Below, piece by piece: positions 63,576 through 64,000 of a DNA stretch of 64,000 nucleotides. Each line of letters opens with the position of its first letter. Position 1 is the first letter of the stretch. Source of the DNA: Psilocybe cubensis (Eukaryota); contig CM039001.1 of assembly GCA_017499595.2 (NCBI GenBank), positions 248,001 to 312,000 of the forward strand, written 5' to 3'. The notes under the pieces are model-generated. The model was not told the DNA's origin. It saw only the letters and a program-made list of their open reading frames with translations, and did no database searches. Position numbers and translations under genes: made by a program.

Positions 63576-64000
63576 TCATGCCACCGCCTTCTCAGAGTCA
63601 TGGTCAACCTTTAACAAACATTAGCTATGGATCTGGTTGGATAAGGACAATAATGAAGCTTACAGTTTCCTTTTCATTGTGATAGGTGTTTGAGAATGTC
63701 TTGTTTTGGGAGAGAATCTCGTGGCGTTTGGCATTCGATCCAAGGACTGAGCAGGAAAAATTAGAGTAAAGTTAAGAACATGAGCTATATTACTTACTGG
63801 TCGATTCTCTGTAGAGGATATCGATCTGCTCCAAGGATAGGCCTCTCGTCTCAGGGATGAAGAAGTAACTACGGATGCAATCATAATCAGTCCCGTGGAT
63901 TTGGATAGATATATCTATCAGTCATAGCACTTACGTGAAGACGAAGCATCCCACACAGGTTCCACCCCAGATGAAGAACACTTTGACTCCCAGATTTGCT
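63576..64000 (-). CDS. MFS sugar (hexose) transporter, 3' end only; gene continues beyond the window
   Basis: ANLGVKVFFIWGGTCVGCFVFT|YFFIPETRGLSLEQIDILYREST| (PETKG-type signature), then two short exons ending HDSEKAVA*. Confidence 0.88.

Noticed and set aside
54939-64000. Co-oriented hydrolase, FAD oxidoreductase, esterase and transporter as a secondary-metabolite cluster
   Set aside because: No PKS, NRPS, terpene synthase or RiPP precursor in the window, and a Rho GTPase and a sugar porter are interspersed; a backbone gene beyond the right edge cannot be excluded
1-64000. tRNA, rRNA and intact transposable elements
   Set aside because: No cloverleaf or T-loop context, rRNA similarity, RT/integrase/transposase motifs or terminal repeats recognised by eye; tRNAscan-SE, Rfam and a repeat search would be needed to exclude them

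Overview
Intron-rich fungal genomic DNA, most likely an agaricomycete (basidiomycete), judged from short GT-AG introns with CTRAY branch sites, micro-exons and the gene families present. I assembled gene models by hand from the ORF track and splice signals, so internal exon boundaries are approximate. Recognisable genes, in order: COPI beta' subunit SEC27, head-to-head (230 bp apart) with a myosin-motor class V chitin synthase; an APC amino-acid permease; a PTR2/POT peptide transporter; a large Pro/Glu-rich WW-domain membrane protein; a LAMTOR1/Ego1-like protein; a two-finger GATA factor; lunapark; a coiled-coil hypothetical protein; a FlaR/adenylate-kinase-like P-loop protein; an alpha/beta hydrolase; a BBE-like FAD oxidoreductase; a Rho-family GTPase; a second alpha/beta hydrolase; and the 3' end of an MFS sugar transporter. 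Four observations stand out. (1) A compositional domain at about 1.9-13.8 kb in which exons swing repeatedly from C/A-rich to G/T-rich between homopolymer-laden introns, independent of gene orientation. (2) An intact but atypical Rho GTPase with substitutions at the G12, T35, A59 and Q61 equivalents. (3) A single in-frame TGA in the flavin-binding motif of an otherwise intact oxidoreductase. (4) An orphan island at 14.7-18.1 kb with two small secreted proteins flanking a stop-split ORF that carries a 22-bp tandem repeat. I recognised no tRNA, rRNA, CRISPR array or intact transposon.
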